Shown one piece after another: positions 29,992 through 39,886 of a stretch of 64,000 nucleotides of DNA. The notes beneath the pieces were generated by a model that was given only the letters and a program-made list of their open reading frames with translations, searched no databases and had not been told where the DNA came from. The stretch is from Acidimicrobiia bacterium (GTDB taxonomy: Bacteria > Actinomycetota > Acidimicrobiia > Spongiisociales > UBA5794): contig JBFISM010000003.1 of NCBI GenBank assembly GCA_041608535.1, positions 892-64,891 on the forward strand. The letters are read 5' to 3'. The first letter of the stretch is position 1, and each line of letters opens with the position of its first letter. The translations under genes were made by a program, and so were the position numbers.

Positions 29992-31245
29992 CGTCCGGCT
30001 TTGCGGTGGGATCGGGAATCGTCCATCTCGTGAAATCTTCGAAGACCGCAGCGATGACGAAGGCTCCGATCACACTGGCGAGACCGCCGGACCAGGCCGC
30101 AACCCGCGGGTTGAAGAGGGCGGCGACGGCACCGGCCTCGGCGTCCCCCACCCTGGGTCCCCCCGCAACCACTGCGATCTGGACCGCCGACAGCCGCCCG
30201 CGCAGCCGGTCGGGTGTCGTCACTTGGAGGATCGTCTGCCGGAACACTGCCGAGGCCGCATCGGCCGCCCCGGCGAAACCGAGAGCGATGAGGGCAGCCA
30301 CCAGGCTCGTGGTGAGACCGAAGACGGTGATCGCAAGACCCCAGGCGATCACGGCGACGATGGTGGCCAACCCCGCGCGACGGATACGAGACACCCATCC
30401 AGAGAAGAGCCCGGCAAGGAGCGCCCCGACACCGGGCGCCGTGTAGAGGAGGCCCACGGTGGCCTCGGTGCCGCCCAGGGTCTGCAGCCCCCATGCGGGG
30501 AAGAGCGCCCGCGGCATGCCGAACACCATGGCGTTGACATCGATGAGAAACGTGCCCTGCAGCGCCTGGGACCGGCGCAGGAAGCGCAATCCCTCACCGA
30601 TGGAGCGGAAACCGGGCCTGGTGCCACCGCCCTCGGGGCGGAGAGGCGCCATCAGCCACAGCGTCGCGAGGGCGACGCCAAAGGTGGCCGTGTCGAGCCA
30701 GTACGCCGCCGCGATGCCGACTTGGGAGATGATCAGGCCACCGAGCGCTGGTCCGACGGCGAGCGCCGATTGGAACATGAGCACCTGGAGCGCATATGCG
30801 GCCGGGAGACGCTCCGTGCTCACGAGGTTGGGGACGCTGGCGGTACGGGCCGGCGAGTCGATCGCCGAGCCAAAGGCGTTCACCGCGGTCAAGGCGAAGA
30901 TGAGCCAGGCGCGAGGTGCGGCGACCATGGCGTTCGCAGCCAGACCGGCGGTGGTAGCCGCCATGAACACCTGCGTGGCCATGAGCAAGCGGCGCCGGTC
31001 CATCGCATCGGCCAGAGTGCCGCCGAGGAACGACCCCACCACGAGGGCCGGGAACTGGGAGAGACCGAGCAGCCCCACCGCCAGCGTCGAGCCGGTGAGG
31101 TCGAACACCTGGATCGATACCGCAACGATCGTGAGCTGGCGACCGAACAGCGACACCACCTGCCCGATGTAGAGCAGGCGGTACTGGCGAGACTCCGCCA
31201 GCGGTGACAGGTCGACGAGCAGCGATCTGAAGATGGCAACCCCAC
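29981..31245 (-). CDS. MFS transporter (EntS-like); 5' end apparently frameshifted
   Basis: 12-TM pattern, GGTLADAMDRRRLL; conserved-looking N-terminus FRSLLVDLSPL...YRLLY lies in frame upstream of GTG 31159 without an in-frame start. Confidence 0.85.
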
Positions 31246-31303
31246 AGCGGTCGAGCGAGCGCTCAGTATGGCAACGGGCGGGCCCGCCGGGTGCCTCCCC
31301 GAG

Positions 31304-32047
31304 TCAGATGCTGCCCGGCTCGGGAAGGGTGGAGCGGAGCAGCCGCATCACCTGCTCGAGGGTGATCACGGAATAGCGACTCGCCGGTGGATCAGATGCT
31401 TGCGGCTGGATCCTCCAGTAGCCCGCGGCACCACCGTCCAGCACCGCAGCATGCCGGACGTGGTGTCCGCCGCCGGTGTCCGTCCACACGCTCGAGATCG
31501 TCCACCGGCTGCGCATGTGCTCGTGAGCGATGAGCAGCCGGTCCGCCCAGGTGCGGTCGAGCCCGGCGGCGACCAGAACATCGATGGCGGCGTCGCTTGC
31601 ATCGGCGGCGCGTTCCAGCGCCAGAGTGAGCGCCGCGTCGGCGAGGACGCCCGCACCGAAGAACGGCGGTTCGGGGCGCCGGCCCACATCCACCAGGCTG
31701 GCGAGAACCAGGGGTAGCGAGCGCGGGCGTACCGACGTGAGCTCGCAGGTGTCACCGTCGAGCTGTCTACCCAAGGTGGCGCCCCCGGCGGTGGCCCAGA
31801 TGGTGGAAGAGTGCGTCGTCCCTCCGCTCTGAACGTCGACCGATGAGACCAGCGAGGCCTCGGTCATGGTCGAGACGAGCCCCGCGGCTCCCTCCGTCAG
31901 CAGGCCCCCCGGGGTGACCAGACCACACCGGCGAAGCTCGGACCGCACGCCGGCGTGCATGGTTTCCCACCGTTGCGGGGCCTGTCCGAGCAACATCACC
32001 GGTGGGAGCAGCCGGCGGGGGATGAGGTACCGGTCGCGGATCAGCAT
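31304..32047 (-). CDS. Hypothetical protein
   Basis: ORF with normal composition; start uncertain (32047 or 32083). Confidence 0.7.
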   Translation of the reverse strand: MLIRDRYLIPRRLLPPVMLLGQAPQRWETMHAGVRSELRRCGLVTPGGLLTEGAAGLVSTMTEASLVSSVDVQSGGTTHSSTIWATAGGATLGRQLDGDTCELTSVRPRSLPLVLASLVDVGRRPEPPFFGAGVLADAALTLALERAADASDAAIDVLVAAGLDRTWADRLLIAHEHMRSRWTISSVWTDTGGGHHVRHAAVLDGGAAGYWRIQPQASDPPASRYSVITLEQVMRLLRSTLPEPGSI

Positions 32048-32086
32048 GCTGGCGACCCTACACATCTTAACTCGGTGAGTCAATCG

Positions 32087-33523
32087 TTAAACATCGTCAA
32101 GCGCCGTTGAGATGGCATGGGATTGCACGCCGGCATCCGCGGCCAGGCTGGCGAGCCACGTTGTCAGGGGCACCGAGGCCACCAGCCCGATGCTGCCCAC
32201 CAGCGTGCGCACGATCTCGACGGCGACGACTTCGGAGTTGGCAATCGCGCCCAGCGATTGCTCCGAGAGGACGAACAGGACGAGCAGGGGCAGTGCGGCG
32301 CCGGCATAGGCGAGCAGCAGGGTGTTCACCGTCGATGCGATGTGGTCTCTACCGATGCGCAGCGCACGCGACAACAGCAGCTTCTGCGACTGGGTGACGT
32401 CTGCTGCCTTGAGTGCCCACACCGCCGAGGCCTGGGTGACGGTCACGTCGTCGAGCGCACCCGCCGCGCCGAGCACGATCCCCGCCAGCAGCAGACCGCT
32501 CACGTCGATGCCTTCGAACAGAGCGAGCAAGGTCGCTTCCTCGCTGGCGAAGCCGCTGAACTGGGCGAGCTCCACGGTGATCGCCGACAACACAGCGGTG
32601 AGCCCGAGTGCGGCCACCATGCCCAGCATGGCGACGGTGGTCATGCGGTTGAAGCCGTGCGCCAGGTACAACGTGATGATGGCGATGGCTGCGCTGCCCA
32701 CGATGGCAACGAGCACGGGGCTGCGCCCGGAGAGGATCGCCGGAAGCACGAACAGGAGCAGGATGCTCAAGCTGCCGGCGAGACCGGCCAGGGCAGCAAC
32801 ACCTCGCAACTGTCCGAGCGCAATGACGACGGCGGCAAAGAGGATCGCAACGATCCACAGCAGCGGGCGCCGCTGGAAGTCGCCGCTGAATTGATAGCTG
32901 AGCTGGACCGTCGGGGCTGTCAGGCTGAAGACCTCCGGCTCCGTCTCGGCGCCGGGGAAGAACTGGGCGAGAGCATCCTCACCCGGGAACACGTTTGCGG
33001 CCACCTCGACGAGGTCCTCGAAGGTCAGGGCGCTTTCCTCCTCGCCGGAGCGAACGGTGAGACCGAACACGACGCACTCGAGTGACGGATCGAACGAGCA
33101 CGGTCCGGTGGTGCGCTCGGTGACCGTGGCGTTTGGAGATCGCCGCGCCAGGATCGCGGTGTTCCCAAGTTCGAATTGCGGGTTGAGACCGCCCTCGGGA
33201 AACGATTGCTCGTAGCGCTCCCCGGCGTCGGGGCCATCTTGCAGCTCGAATACCACGTTGGTGCAGATCACCGCTTCGGCGCCGGGGCAACCACCCACCT
33301 CGGCCGATTCGATAGTGGCGGCGTACTGCTCCGACGGGACGGCGAGAGCCTCGAGGGCCACCGTGTCGATGGGTGTGTCCCCCGGCCACAGAGCCACCAA
33401 TCCCACGACGGTGAGCACGGCAACGCACACGGCGGCGATACCGAATCCGTCGAGCGAGCGGCGTTTCGGTTCCGGCTGGGCGCCGTCGGCCCACTCCTGC
33501 CAGGCTTGGTCGTCCACGTCCAC
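32087..33523 (-). CDS. YibE/F family membrane protein
   Basis: DFQRR..L, GALDDVTVTQAS, GRDHIASTVNTLLLAYAGAALP, EIVRTLVGSIGL. Confidence 0.9.
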   Translation of the reverse strand: MDVDDQAWQEWADGAQPEPKRRSLDGFGIAAVCVAVLTVVGLVALWPGDTPIDTVALEALAVPSEQYAATIESAEVGGCPGAEAVICTNVVFELQDGPDAGERYEQSFPEGGLNPQFELGNTAILARRSPNATVTERTTGPCSFDPSLECVVFGLTVRSGEEESALTFEDLVEVAANVFPGEDALAQFFPGAETEPEVFSLTAPTVQLSYQFSGDFQRRPLLWIVAILFAAVVIALGQLRGVAALAGLAGSLSILLLFVLPAILSGRSPVLVAIVGSAAIAIITLYLAHGFNRMTTVAMLGMVAALGLTAVLSAITVELAQFSGFASEEATLLALFEGIDVSGLLLAGIVLGAAGALDDVTVTQASAVWALKAADVTQSQKLLLSRALRIGRDHIASTVNTLLLAYAGAALPLLVLFVLSEQSLGAIANSEVVAVEIVRTLVGSIGLVASVPLTTWLASLAADAGVQSHAISTALDDV

Positions 33524-33600
33524 GACGGGATGATGACACAGGCGGGGTGCGATATCGCGCCTTGGCCCAGGTCGTCACTCGGGTTTCTATCATCGCTGCG

Positions 33601-34428
33601 GTGAAGTCACCCACGAAGTCCTCGGTGGCGATCCTCGGCGCCGGTGCGATGGGCTCGACCATCGCTCGCGGCCTGCTGCGGGTCGGATGGGACGTCGAGC
33701 GGATCACACTGGCCGAGCCCGACGGCGATCGTCGTCGCACCCTGGCAGGCGAGACCGGGCTGGTCGTCGTGCCGACCGCCGCGGAGGCAGTGACCGGTGC
33801 GGACGTGGTGGTGGTGGCGGTGAAGCCGAATGTCGTGCCGGCGCTCCTCGATGAGATCGCTCCAGCAGTGGCACCTTCCCAACTCGTGGTGACACTCGCC
33901 GCCGGGGTGCCACTCGCCGTCTTCGAGCGAGCGCTGCCCGGTGTTCCCGTGGTGCGCACGATGCCGAACACTCCGGCCGCGGTGGAGCAGGCGATGACGG
34001 CGTATGCGGCCGGCTCCCAGGTCGGGGATCAGCACCTCGTGATCACGCGGGAGATCCTCTCCAGCGTCGGCGAAGTGGTCGAAGTGCCGGAGGAAGCACT
34101 CGATGCGGTAACCGCCGTCTCGGGCTCGGGTCCCGCCTATCTGTTCCTGCTGGCCGAGGCGATGATCGATGCCGGGGTCGCGCGAGGTCTCCAACTGGAG
34201 ATCGCCACCCAGCTGGTGCACCAGACGATGCGGGGAGCCGGCCTGCTGCTGCACAGCTCGGGCCGGAGCGCTGCGGAGCTGCGTGTACAAGTGACGTCGC
34301 CCAACGGGACGACGGCCGCGGCGTTGGACCGCTTCGAACAAGGAGGCTTCCGCCAGTTGGTCGCCGAGGCGATCACCGCCGCAGCCCTCCGGTCGGAGGA
34401 GCTGGGGCGGGAGGCCGCACAGGCCTGA
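33601..34428 (+). CDS. proC: Pyrroline-5-carboxylate reductase
   Basis: GAGAMG, AVKP, RTMPNTP, TAVSGSGPAY, VTSPNGTT. Confidence 0.95.
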   Translation: MKSPTKSSVAILGAGAMGSTIARGLLRVGWDVERITLAEPDGDRRRTLAGETGLVVVPTAAEAVTGADVVVVAVKPNVVPALLDEIAPAVAPSQLVVTLAAGVPLAVFERALPGVPVVRTMPNTPAAVEQAMTAYAAGSQVGDQHLVITREILSSVGEVVEVPEEALDAVTAVSGSGPAYLFLLAEAMIDAGVARGLQLEIATQLVHQTMRGAGLLLHSSGRSAAELRVQVTSPNGTTAAALDRFEQGGFRQLVAEAITAAALRSEELGREAAQA

Positions 34429-34524
34429 TCCTGAGTACCGGTTTCATGAGTACCGGCCCCGCGGGGGAGGGACCGCGAGGCCGGTGGGAGGGTGAGACCT
34501 GTGGAACGGTCGGGCGGGTGCCCG

Positions 34525-34686
34525 TCAGAGCAAGCCGCGAACCTGGGCGATGCTCGCCCGCAGCCCCTGCAGCCTGCTCAGCGCCTCGGCGCGCGCGGCA
34601 AGATCCTGTCCGGAAGAACGGAGCGTCTCGTAGCGTGAGCGGGTGACGGCGAGCTCGCGGAGCAAGGTGTCAAACGTGCTGTCCAT
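34525..34686 (-). CDS. Small coiled-coil protein (53 aa), not in ORF track
   Basis: MDSTFDTLLRELAVTRSRYETLRSSGQDLAARAEALSRLQGLRASIAQVRGLL; SD GAGAGG; heptad pattern. Confidence 0.65.
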   Translation of the reverse strand: MDSTFDTLLRELAVTRSRYETLRSSGQDLAARAEALSRLQGLRASIAQVRGLL

Positions 34687-34734
34687 CGTCGGGCCTCTCG
34701 TCGGGTGTCATGTGGTGAACGTCGTTTTCGATGT

Positions 34735-34766
34735 TGTAAGCGCTGATTGTTTGTTCGATACTTACA
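34735..34766. promoter_or_regulatory. Candidate operator TGTAAG-N20-CTTACA
   Basis: Inverted hexamers in the AT-rich gap between the small gene and the CGNR regulator. Confidence 0.45.
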
Positions 34767-34794
34767 GTATACGGATGATGCGGTAAGGACTCAA

Positions 34795-35370
34795 GTGGAT
34801 TTCTCCCATTACACCGATTATCCGGTGCAGCTGGCGATGGAGTTGGTCAACACGCAGAGCCCGGTGCGTGGTGAGGACCGATTGACGACCGTCGCCGATC
34901 TCTCAGATTTCGTCATCCGCATGGCGGAGAGTTGGGTGCACCCCGACTGGAGACTCACCGATGGCGACGTCACCGCGGTGCTCGACCTTCGAGACAGGTT
35001 GCGCCGTCTGTTCGAGATCTCCGACGACGTCACGGCCGCAGCGGTGCTCAACGAGGTGCTCGCCGAATCCGGAGCCGCTCCCAGGGTCAGCCTGCATACC
35101 GGTCGACCCCATCTGCACTTCGAACCCGTGGGAGGCACGGTGGCAGACTGGCTCGGTGCGCTGAGCGCCACCGGGCTGAGCTTCGTGCTGGCCGAGCATG
35201 GCATCGACCGGCTGGGGACGTGCGCATCGTCGCGCTGCGGTCATGTCTTCATCGATGCGTCGCGCAACCGCTCGCGACGCTACTGCTCGGACACCTGCGC
35301 CAACCGGGAGAACGTCGCGGCTCACCGCCGCCGCACGAGCGCACGCCTGTCGGCAGACATCGCCGATTGA
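34795..35370 (+). CDS. CGNR zinc-finger / ABATE domain regulator
   Basis: LAMELVNT; RLGTCASSRCGHVFIDASRNRSRRYCSDTCANRENVAAHR. Confidence 0.9.
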   Translation: MDFSHYTDYPVQLAMELVNTQSPVRGEDRLTTVADLSDFVIRMAESWVHPDWRLTDGDVTAVLDLRDRLRRLFEISDDVTAAAVLNEVLAESGAAPRVSLHTGRPHLHFEPVGGTVADWLGALSATGLSFVLAEHGIDRLGTCASSRCGHVFIDASRNRSRRYCSDTCANRENVAAHRRRTSARLSADIAD

Positions 35371-35424
35371 ACTGGTTCGTCGGGGCAGCCGGGGTTGGCG
35401 GCGCCGGCGGTACACTCCCGCGCC

Positions 35425-36714
35425 ATGCGATCACCCCGGCTGTTTGCGCTGCTCGTCGCCCTCTTCGTTGCGTCGGTTGCGGTCGGTCCGGCTGCGCTTG
35501 CCCAGGATCCCGGTGAGGTGGCGGATGCGGTCCGCACCGACGGGGTGTACGTGGACGATGGTTTGGGACTCACCGAAGCCGAGATCGGTGAGTACGTAGC
35601 CGCCGTACGCAACGCCGGAGAGGCGCTGTCGATCGTCGTGCTGCTCGACGAGCCGGTGGGTGGGGCCACCACCTTCGCCGATGCGGTGTTCGACCAGCTC
35701 GGCAGCGGAGTCGTCCTCGTCATCGGGGCCGAGTCCGACGGGTATGCAGGCATCCTCGAAGAGTTCACCGAGGCGGAGTTCGAGGCGGCGCTGCAAGCGG
35801 CAGCCGATGTCGCCGAATCGGACACCGAGTTCCTCGACGTGTTCGTCACCGACCTGACCGGTGCGGCCGCACCGGCAGCGGCCACCGACGGGCCCGCCCC
35901 AGCCCCCGAACCGGCTGCCTCGTCTGAAGGTGGCGGCCTCGGGTTGCTGTTCTGGCTCATCCTCATCGGCGGCGGCGTTCTCCTCTTCTTCTGGTGGCGA
36001 CGCCGCCGGGAGACCGCGGCGGGGCCCAAGCTGTCGCCACAGATGATCGAGGCAAAGGACAAGATCCAAGACCAGATCAATGCGGTAGCGAACGACATCA
36101 TCGATCTCGAAGACGAGGTCCGCCTCGCCGATGACCCGCAAGCCGACGAGTTCTACCAAACGGCGGGGGCAACGTACACCGACGTCGTCGAGTCCTTCCC
36201 CGCCGCCAACGCCCCCGAAGCGTTGCTCGACCTGTCCAACCGCCTCGATGAAGCCATCTGGCAGCTCGACTCCGCCGAAGCCGTGCTCGACGGCAAGCCG
36301 CTACCGCCCAAACCGGCTCCGCAACAGCTCCCCATCCCCGAGCCCGCAACGGATGCGGCGCCGCCCACGCCGGTTCCGGGGGACCGATCTCTACCCCCAC
36401 GCCCGCAGTACGACCGCCGTCCGTCGCGACGCTCCAGGTACGGCGGAGGCGGGGGTTTGATGGATCTGCTCATCGGGATGGCCGGGTCGATGATGGCGGG
36501 GCGCATGCGTACCGGCGCCCGGCCGTCACCACGCCAGCGACGCGTGCAGAATCCGGTGTTCCCACCGGTCCCCACCAAGTCATCTCCGATCCCCACCCCG
36601 GCGAACCCACGCGGCGGGCGTCGTTCGTCCCCGTCGGGGAGTACGAGCCGCGGCAGGACCATGAGGAGCCGGTCCCGGGGTGGGGTTCGCCGCGGTCGCC
36701 GGCGTCGTCGCTGA
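35425..36714 (+). CDS. Membrane protein: signal peptide, TPM-like domain, TM, helical domain, Pro/Arg-rich tail
   Basis: MRSPRLFALLVALFV; TM LLFWLILIGGGVLLFFWW; C-terminal GGVRRGRRRRR; upstream of pspA. Confidence 0.72.
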   Translation: MRSPRLFALLVALFVASVAVGPAALAQDPGEVADAVRTDGVYVDDGLGLTEAEIGEYVAAVRNAGEALSIVVLLDEPVGGATTFADAVFDQLGSGVVLVIGAESDGYAGILEEFTEAEFEAALQAAADVAESDTEFLDVFVTDLTGAAAPAAATDGPAPAPEPAASSEGGGLGLLFWLILIGGGVLLFFWWRRRRETAAGPKLSPQMIEAKDKIQDQINAVANDIIDLEDEVRLADDPQADEFYQTAGATYTDVVESFPAANAPEALLDLSNRLDEAIWQLDSAEAVLDGKPLPPKPAPQQLPIPEPATDAAPPTPVPGDRSLPPRPQYDRRPSRRSRYGGGGGLMDLLIGMAGSMMAGRMRTGARPSPRQRRVQNPVFPPVPTKSSPIPTPANPRGGRRSSPSGSTSRGRTMRSRSRGGVRRGRRRRR

Positions 36715-36818
36715 CATCGCAGTGCGGCGGAGCGAGTCGCCACCGGCTTCCTGGCTCCCGCTCCGGCCCGATCACCTAGACTCATCGGGTCCGTTGTGAA
36801 GTATCGGAAGGACGTCGT

Positions 36819-37541
36819 ATGGGTTTCTTGAGACGGCTGTGGGGCTACATCACCACGCTGTTCAGGACAACGGCCGAGAGTGCCATGAGGCCAGAGGTCG
36901 AGATCGAGCAGGCCATCGCCACTGCCCGGAGGCGTGACCAGGAACTGCGCAATCAGGCCGCCAAAGTGGTGGCACATCGCACGCAGCTCGAGAGCAAGAT
37001 GGAATCCGCCGCCGACCAGGTCGGCGAGACCCGGGAGATGGCCAAACAGGCGCTGCTCAAAGCCGAAGAAGCCAAGGCCGCCGGTGATGCCGAGTCCGTC
37101 GAGAAGTGGACTCGGACCGCCCAGTCGTTTGCGATGAAGCTCCAAGCCAGTGAGAACAACTTGAACACGTTGAAGTCGCAGTACGAGAACGCCGCAACGC
37201 AGGCCGATCAGGCGAAGCAGGCCGTGCAGCAGAACGCGATGCGCGTCGAGGAGCTGGCTGCCAAACGCATGGAGCTACTCGGATCGCTCGAAGCGGCGAA
37301 GATGCAGGAGTCGGTCAACAAGGCCGTCGAGTCGCTGTCCGACACGATGGACTATGAGATGCCCTCCTTGGAGAAGGTGGAGGAGAAGATCGAATTACGC
37401 AAGGCCGAAGCCACGGCCAAGGCAGAGCTGCGTGAGGCCACCCCCCAGGGCGCAGAGGCGGAGCTCCGGGAGGCCATTGGCATGGTCCAAGCCGAAGCCA
37501 AGCTCGATGAGCTCAAGGCGGAGCTCGGTCTGAGCACCTGA
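36819..37541 (+). CDS. pspA: PspA/IM30 family protein
   Basis: PEVEIEQAI, LRNQAAKVVAHRTQLE, long coiled coil, AKMQESVNKA, PSLEKVEEKIE. Confidence 0.88.
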   Translation: MGFLRRLWGYITTLFRTTAESAMRPEVEIEQAIATARRRDQELRNQAAKVVAHRTQLESKMESAADQVGETREMAKQALLKAEEAKAAGDAESVEKWTRTAQSFAMKLQASENNLNTLKSQYENAATQADQAKQAVQQNAMRVEELAAKRMELLGSLEAAKMQESVNKAVESLSDTMDYEMPSLEKVEEKIELRKAEATAKAELREATPQGAEAELREAIGMVQAEAKLDELKAELGLST

Positions 37542-37555
37542 CATCGATCGCAAGA

Positions 37556-37606
37556 GACCCATCACAAGGAGCCCCTTCCTCCGGGAGGGGCTCCTTGTGA
37601 TGGGTC
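37556..37606. terminator. 21-bp perfect inverted repeat after pspA
   Basis: GACCCATCACAAGGAGCCCCT / AGGGGCTCCTTGTGATGGGTC, 9-nt loop; no U-tract. Confidence 0.7.
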
Positions 37607-37645
37607 CCGTTGTGGCAGCATCGGTCTCTGGAGTAGGGAGAACTC

Positions 37646-38377
37646 ATGACGTTCCAGCCATACACACGATCCGCCGATGTCTACGACGTGATCTACCAGA
37701 TGGTCGATTACCCGGGTGATGCCGCCACCATCGTCGCCGCCATCCGATCGCATCGACCGGAGGCGGCCTCACTGCTCGAGATCGGTTGTGGCACCGGTGC
37801 GTATCTCGCCGAGTTCGCCGAGCATTTCGACGTGTTGGGCATCGATGTCTCCTTGGAGATGCTCGAGGTGTCGCGCGCCCAGCACCCCCACCTGGAGGTG
37901 GTCGAGGCCGACATGCGCGCCATGGACCTGGGAAGGCGGTTCGACGCCGTGGTGTGTCTGTTCAGCTCGATCGGCTACATGACCACCCGCGGTGAGTTGA
38001 GGGAGGCGCTGCAGCGGATGTACGCCCATCTCGAACCCGGCGGCGTCATGGTCATCGATCCCTGGTTCGACCCGGAGACGTACGAGCCCGGGCACATCTC
38101 GGCCGACGTGTTTCGCGGCGACGGCATCATCGTGTCCCGATCGACCTACGGCGACGTCGAGGACGGTGTGTCGGTGCTCGAGATGGATCACGTGGTCGTT
38201 CAGGCGAACATCGGCAGGGCCCATTTCGTCGAGCAGCACCGGATGGGACTGTTCACAGAGCTGGAGTACCGGGACATACTCGAGTCGTTGGGATTGGTGG
38301 TGGAACGCACCGAGCCGCCCTGGCAGGGGCGGTACCGGCTGGTCTGCTGCGACCAACGATCCGGCGACGAGAGCTGA
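37646..38377 (+). CDS. Class I SAM-dependent methyltransferase (TylM1/DesVI-like)
   Basis: ADVYDVIY, LLEIGCGTG, EADMRAMDLGRRFDAVVCLFSSIGY, HLEPGG. Confidence 0.88.
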   Translation: MTFQPYTRSADVYDVIYQMVDYPGDAATIVAAIRSHRPEAASLLEIGCGTGAYLAEFAEHFDVLGIDVSLEMLEVSRAQHPHLEVVEADMRAMDLGRRFDAVVCLFSSIGYMTTRGELREALQRMYAHLEPGGVMVIDPWFDPETYEPGHISADVFRGDGIIVSRSTYGDVEDGVSVLEMDHVVVQANIGRAHFVEQHRMGLFTELEYRDILESLGLVVERTEPPWQGRYRLVCCDQRSGDES

Positions 38378-38396
38378 CGGAAGGTCGAGGGGCCTG

Positions 38397-39398
38397 TCAG
38401 CTCGACGTGATGGTGACGGTGGTGGTGAGGTTGGTAGCACCGTCCCACCGCCAGGTGCCTATCAGCGTGTGCACCCCCGGTGTCAGCTTGATCGGCGTCG
38501 AGGTCCACGTTCGCTCGGTGCGGTCCGAGAAGCTGTCGGTGGTGAGAGTGGTCGTCACGGCGTTGCCGTCGAAGGTCAACCTGAAGTCGGTCGTTGCCGA
38601 CTCGAACTCATCGAGCTCCGCATCCGTCGCCGGCAGCGCTTGATACCACCCCTCGCGTACCAGGAAGCTGCGCCCGGCCGGTATCGAGATGGTGGAGCTG
38701 CACACGGTCAGCTCCTCGTTGCAGCTCACGCTCTCGCGAATGGCGAGCCGGTTGAGCACGGCGGGAAGGTCGAGCGCCCGCTTCAAGAAGGTGGCCATCT
38801 CGGCGCGAGTCACGGGTTGGAACGGGCAGAAGCGATCGTTGTCCGGGGGGTTGCAGCCTTTGGTGATATCTGCGGCGGCGATGGCGTTGATCGACGTGCG
38901 GTGGACGGTGAAGGCGGTGTCGACGAAGGGTCCCGTGTCGAGCGGACTGAGCTCCAGGATGCGGATGAGGAACGTCGCCATCTCGCCCCGCGACACGGGG
39001 TCGTCCGGGCAGTACGTCATCGCCTCCGGTGGACCACAGCCAACCGTTATCTGATTGGCGGCGAGCTTGGCGATGTCCGCGGCGAACAGGTGCCCGGTCG
39101 TGTCGACGAAGGCCGAGTCATTCGGTCCGGTCAGCTCGAATGCCCGGACGAGAAAAGCCGCCATCTCACCGCGGGTCACCGAGCGATCCGGGCAGAACCG
39201 ATCGTTGTCCGGAGGGTTGCAACCTTTGGTGATCCCCGCAGCGGCGATGGCGTTGATCGCCGGCTCGTGGATCGACCAGTCGTCGTCCCAGAAGGCCGAG
39301 TCCACCTCGACGGCATCAGCCACTTGAACTCCGGCAAGGGCAAAGACCAACGTGGCCGCCAGGACGACGGAGCCGAGCAGCTTGGCACGTGCCGTCAC
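38397..39398 (-). CDS. Secreted S-layer homology (SLH) domain protein
   Basis: Signal peptide; three repeats such as GITKGCNPPDNDRFCPDRSVTRGEMAAFL; C-terminal beta domain. Confidence 0.87.
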   Translation of the reverse strand: MTARAKLLGSVVLAATLVFALAGVQVADAVEVDSAFWDDDWSIHEPAINAIAAAGITKGCNPPDNDRFCPDRSVTRGEMAAFLVRAFELTGPNDSAFVDTTGHLFAADIAKLAANQITVGCGPPEAMTYCPDDPVSRGEMATFLIRILELSPLDTGPFVDTAFTVHRTSINAIAAADITKGCNPPDNDRFCPFQPVTRAEMATFLKRALDLPAVLNRLAIRESVSCNEELTVCSSTISIPAGRSFLVREGWYQALPATDAELDEFESATTDFRLTFDGNAVTTTLTTDSFSDRTERTWTSTPIKLTPGVHTLIGTWRWDGATNLTTTVTITSS

Positions 39399-39886
39399 GT
39401 CGCCTCGATGCTGGCGAGCACCGCATTCACCACCGGGATCTCGTCGGCTCGGTCCACGTGACTCCCCAGTACGACGTACAGCGAGAAGGGGCGCCCGGCG
39501 ATGGTGAAGAACCGCTGGGCACCGGTGGCGCCGAACCGGGGAACGTGGACCGCATCGGGATCGAAGTCGGTAGCACGCAGCGCCGGAACCCCGGTGGCGG
39601 CGAACAGAGGTTGTGTCGCCGACTCCGGGTCGAATTCGACGAGCGTGATCAGTGCGTCCCCGCTGCGCATCGTCTCGATGGCGCCATCGCCGTAGTCACC
39701 GCGCACCGGTGGAAGGGGAAAGTTGGCGAAATGCGCCACCACCCGACGAATCGAGCCGTCGGGGCGCATCACCGGCTCGGCGGGCTTGCTGGTATCGAGC
39801 GCTCGCCAGGCACCGTCACCGGAATCGATGGAAGCCTCCCACCCCGGCGGAAGATCGACGGCGATGCCCCGACCCGATACCTGCAT
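39395..39886 (-). CDS. Hypothetical protein of the Mau-like operon
   Basis: TGATG overlap with upstream gene; MQVSGRGIAVDLPPGWEA...HFANFPLPP...QRFFTIAGRPFSLYVVLGS. Confidence 0.75.
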   Translation of the reverse strand: MQVSGRGIAVDLPPGWEASIDSGDGAWRALDTSKPAEPVMRPDGSIRRVVAHFANFPLPPVRGDYGDGAIETMRSGDALITLVEFDPESATQPLFAATGVPALRATDFDPDAVHVPRFGATGAQRFFTIAGRPFSLYVVLGSHVDRADEIPVVNAVLASIEAT

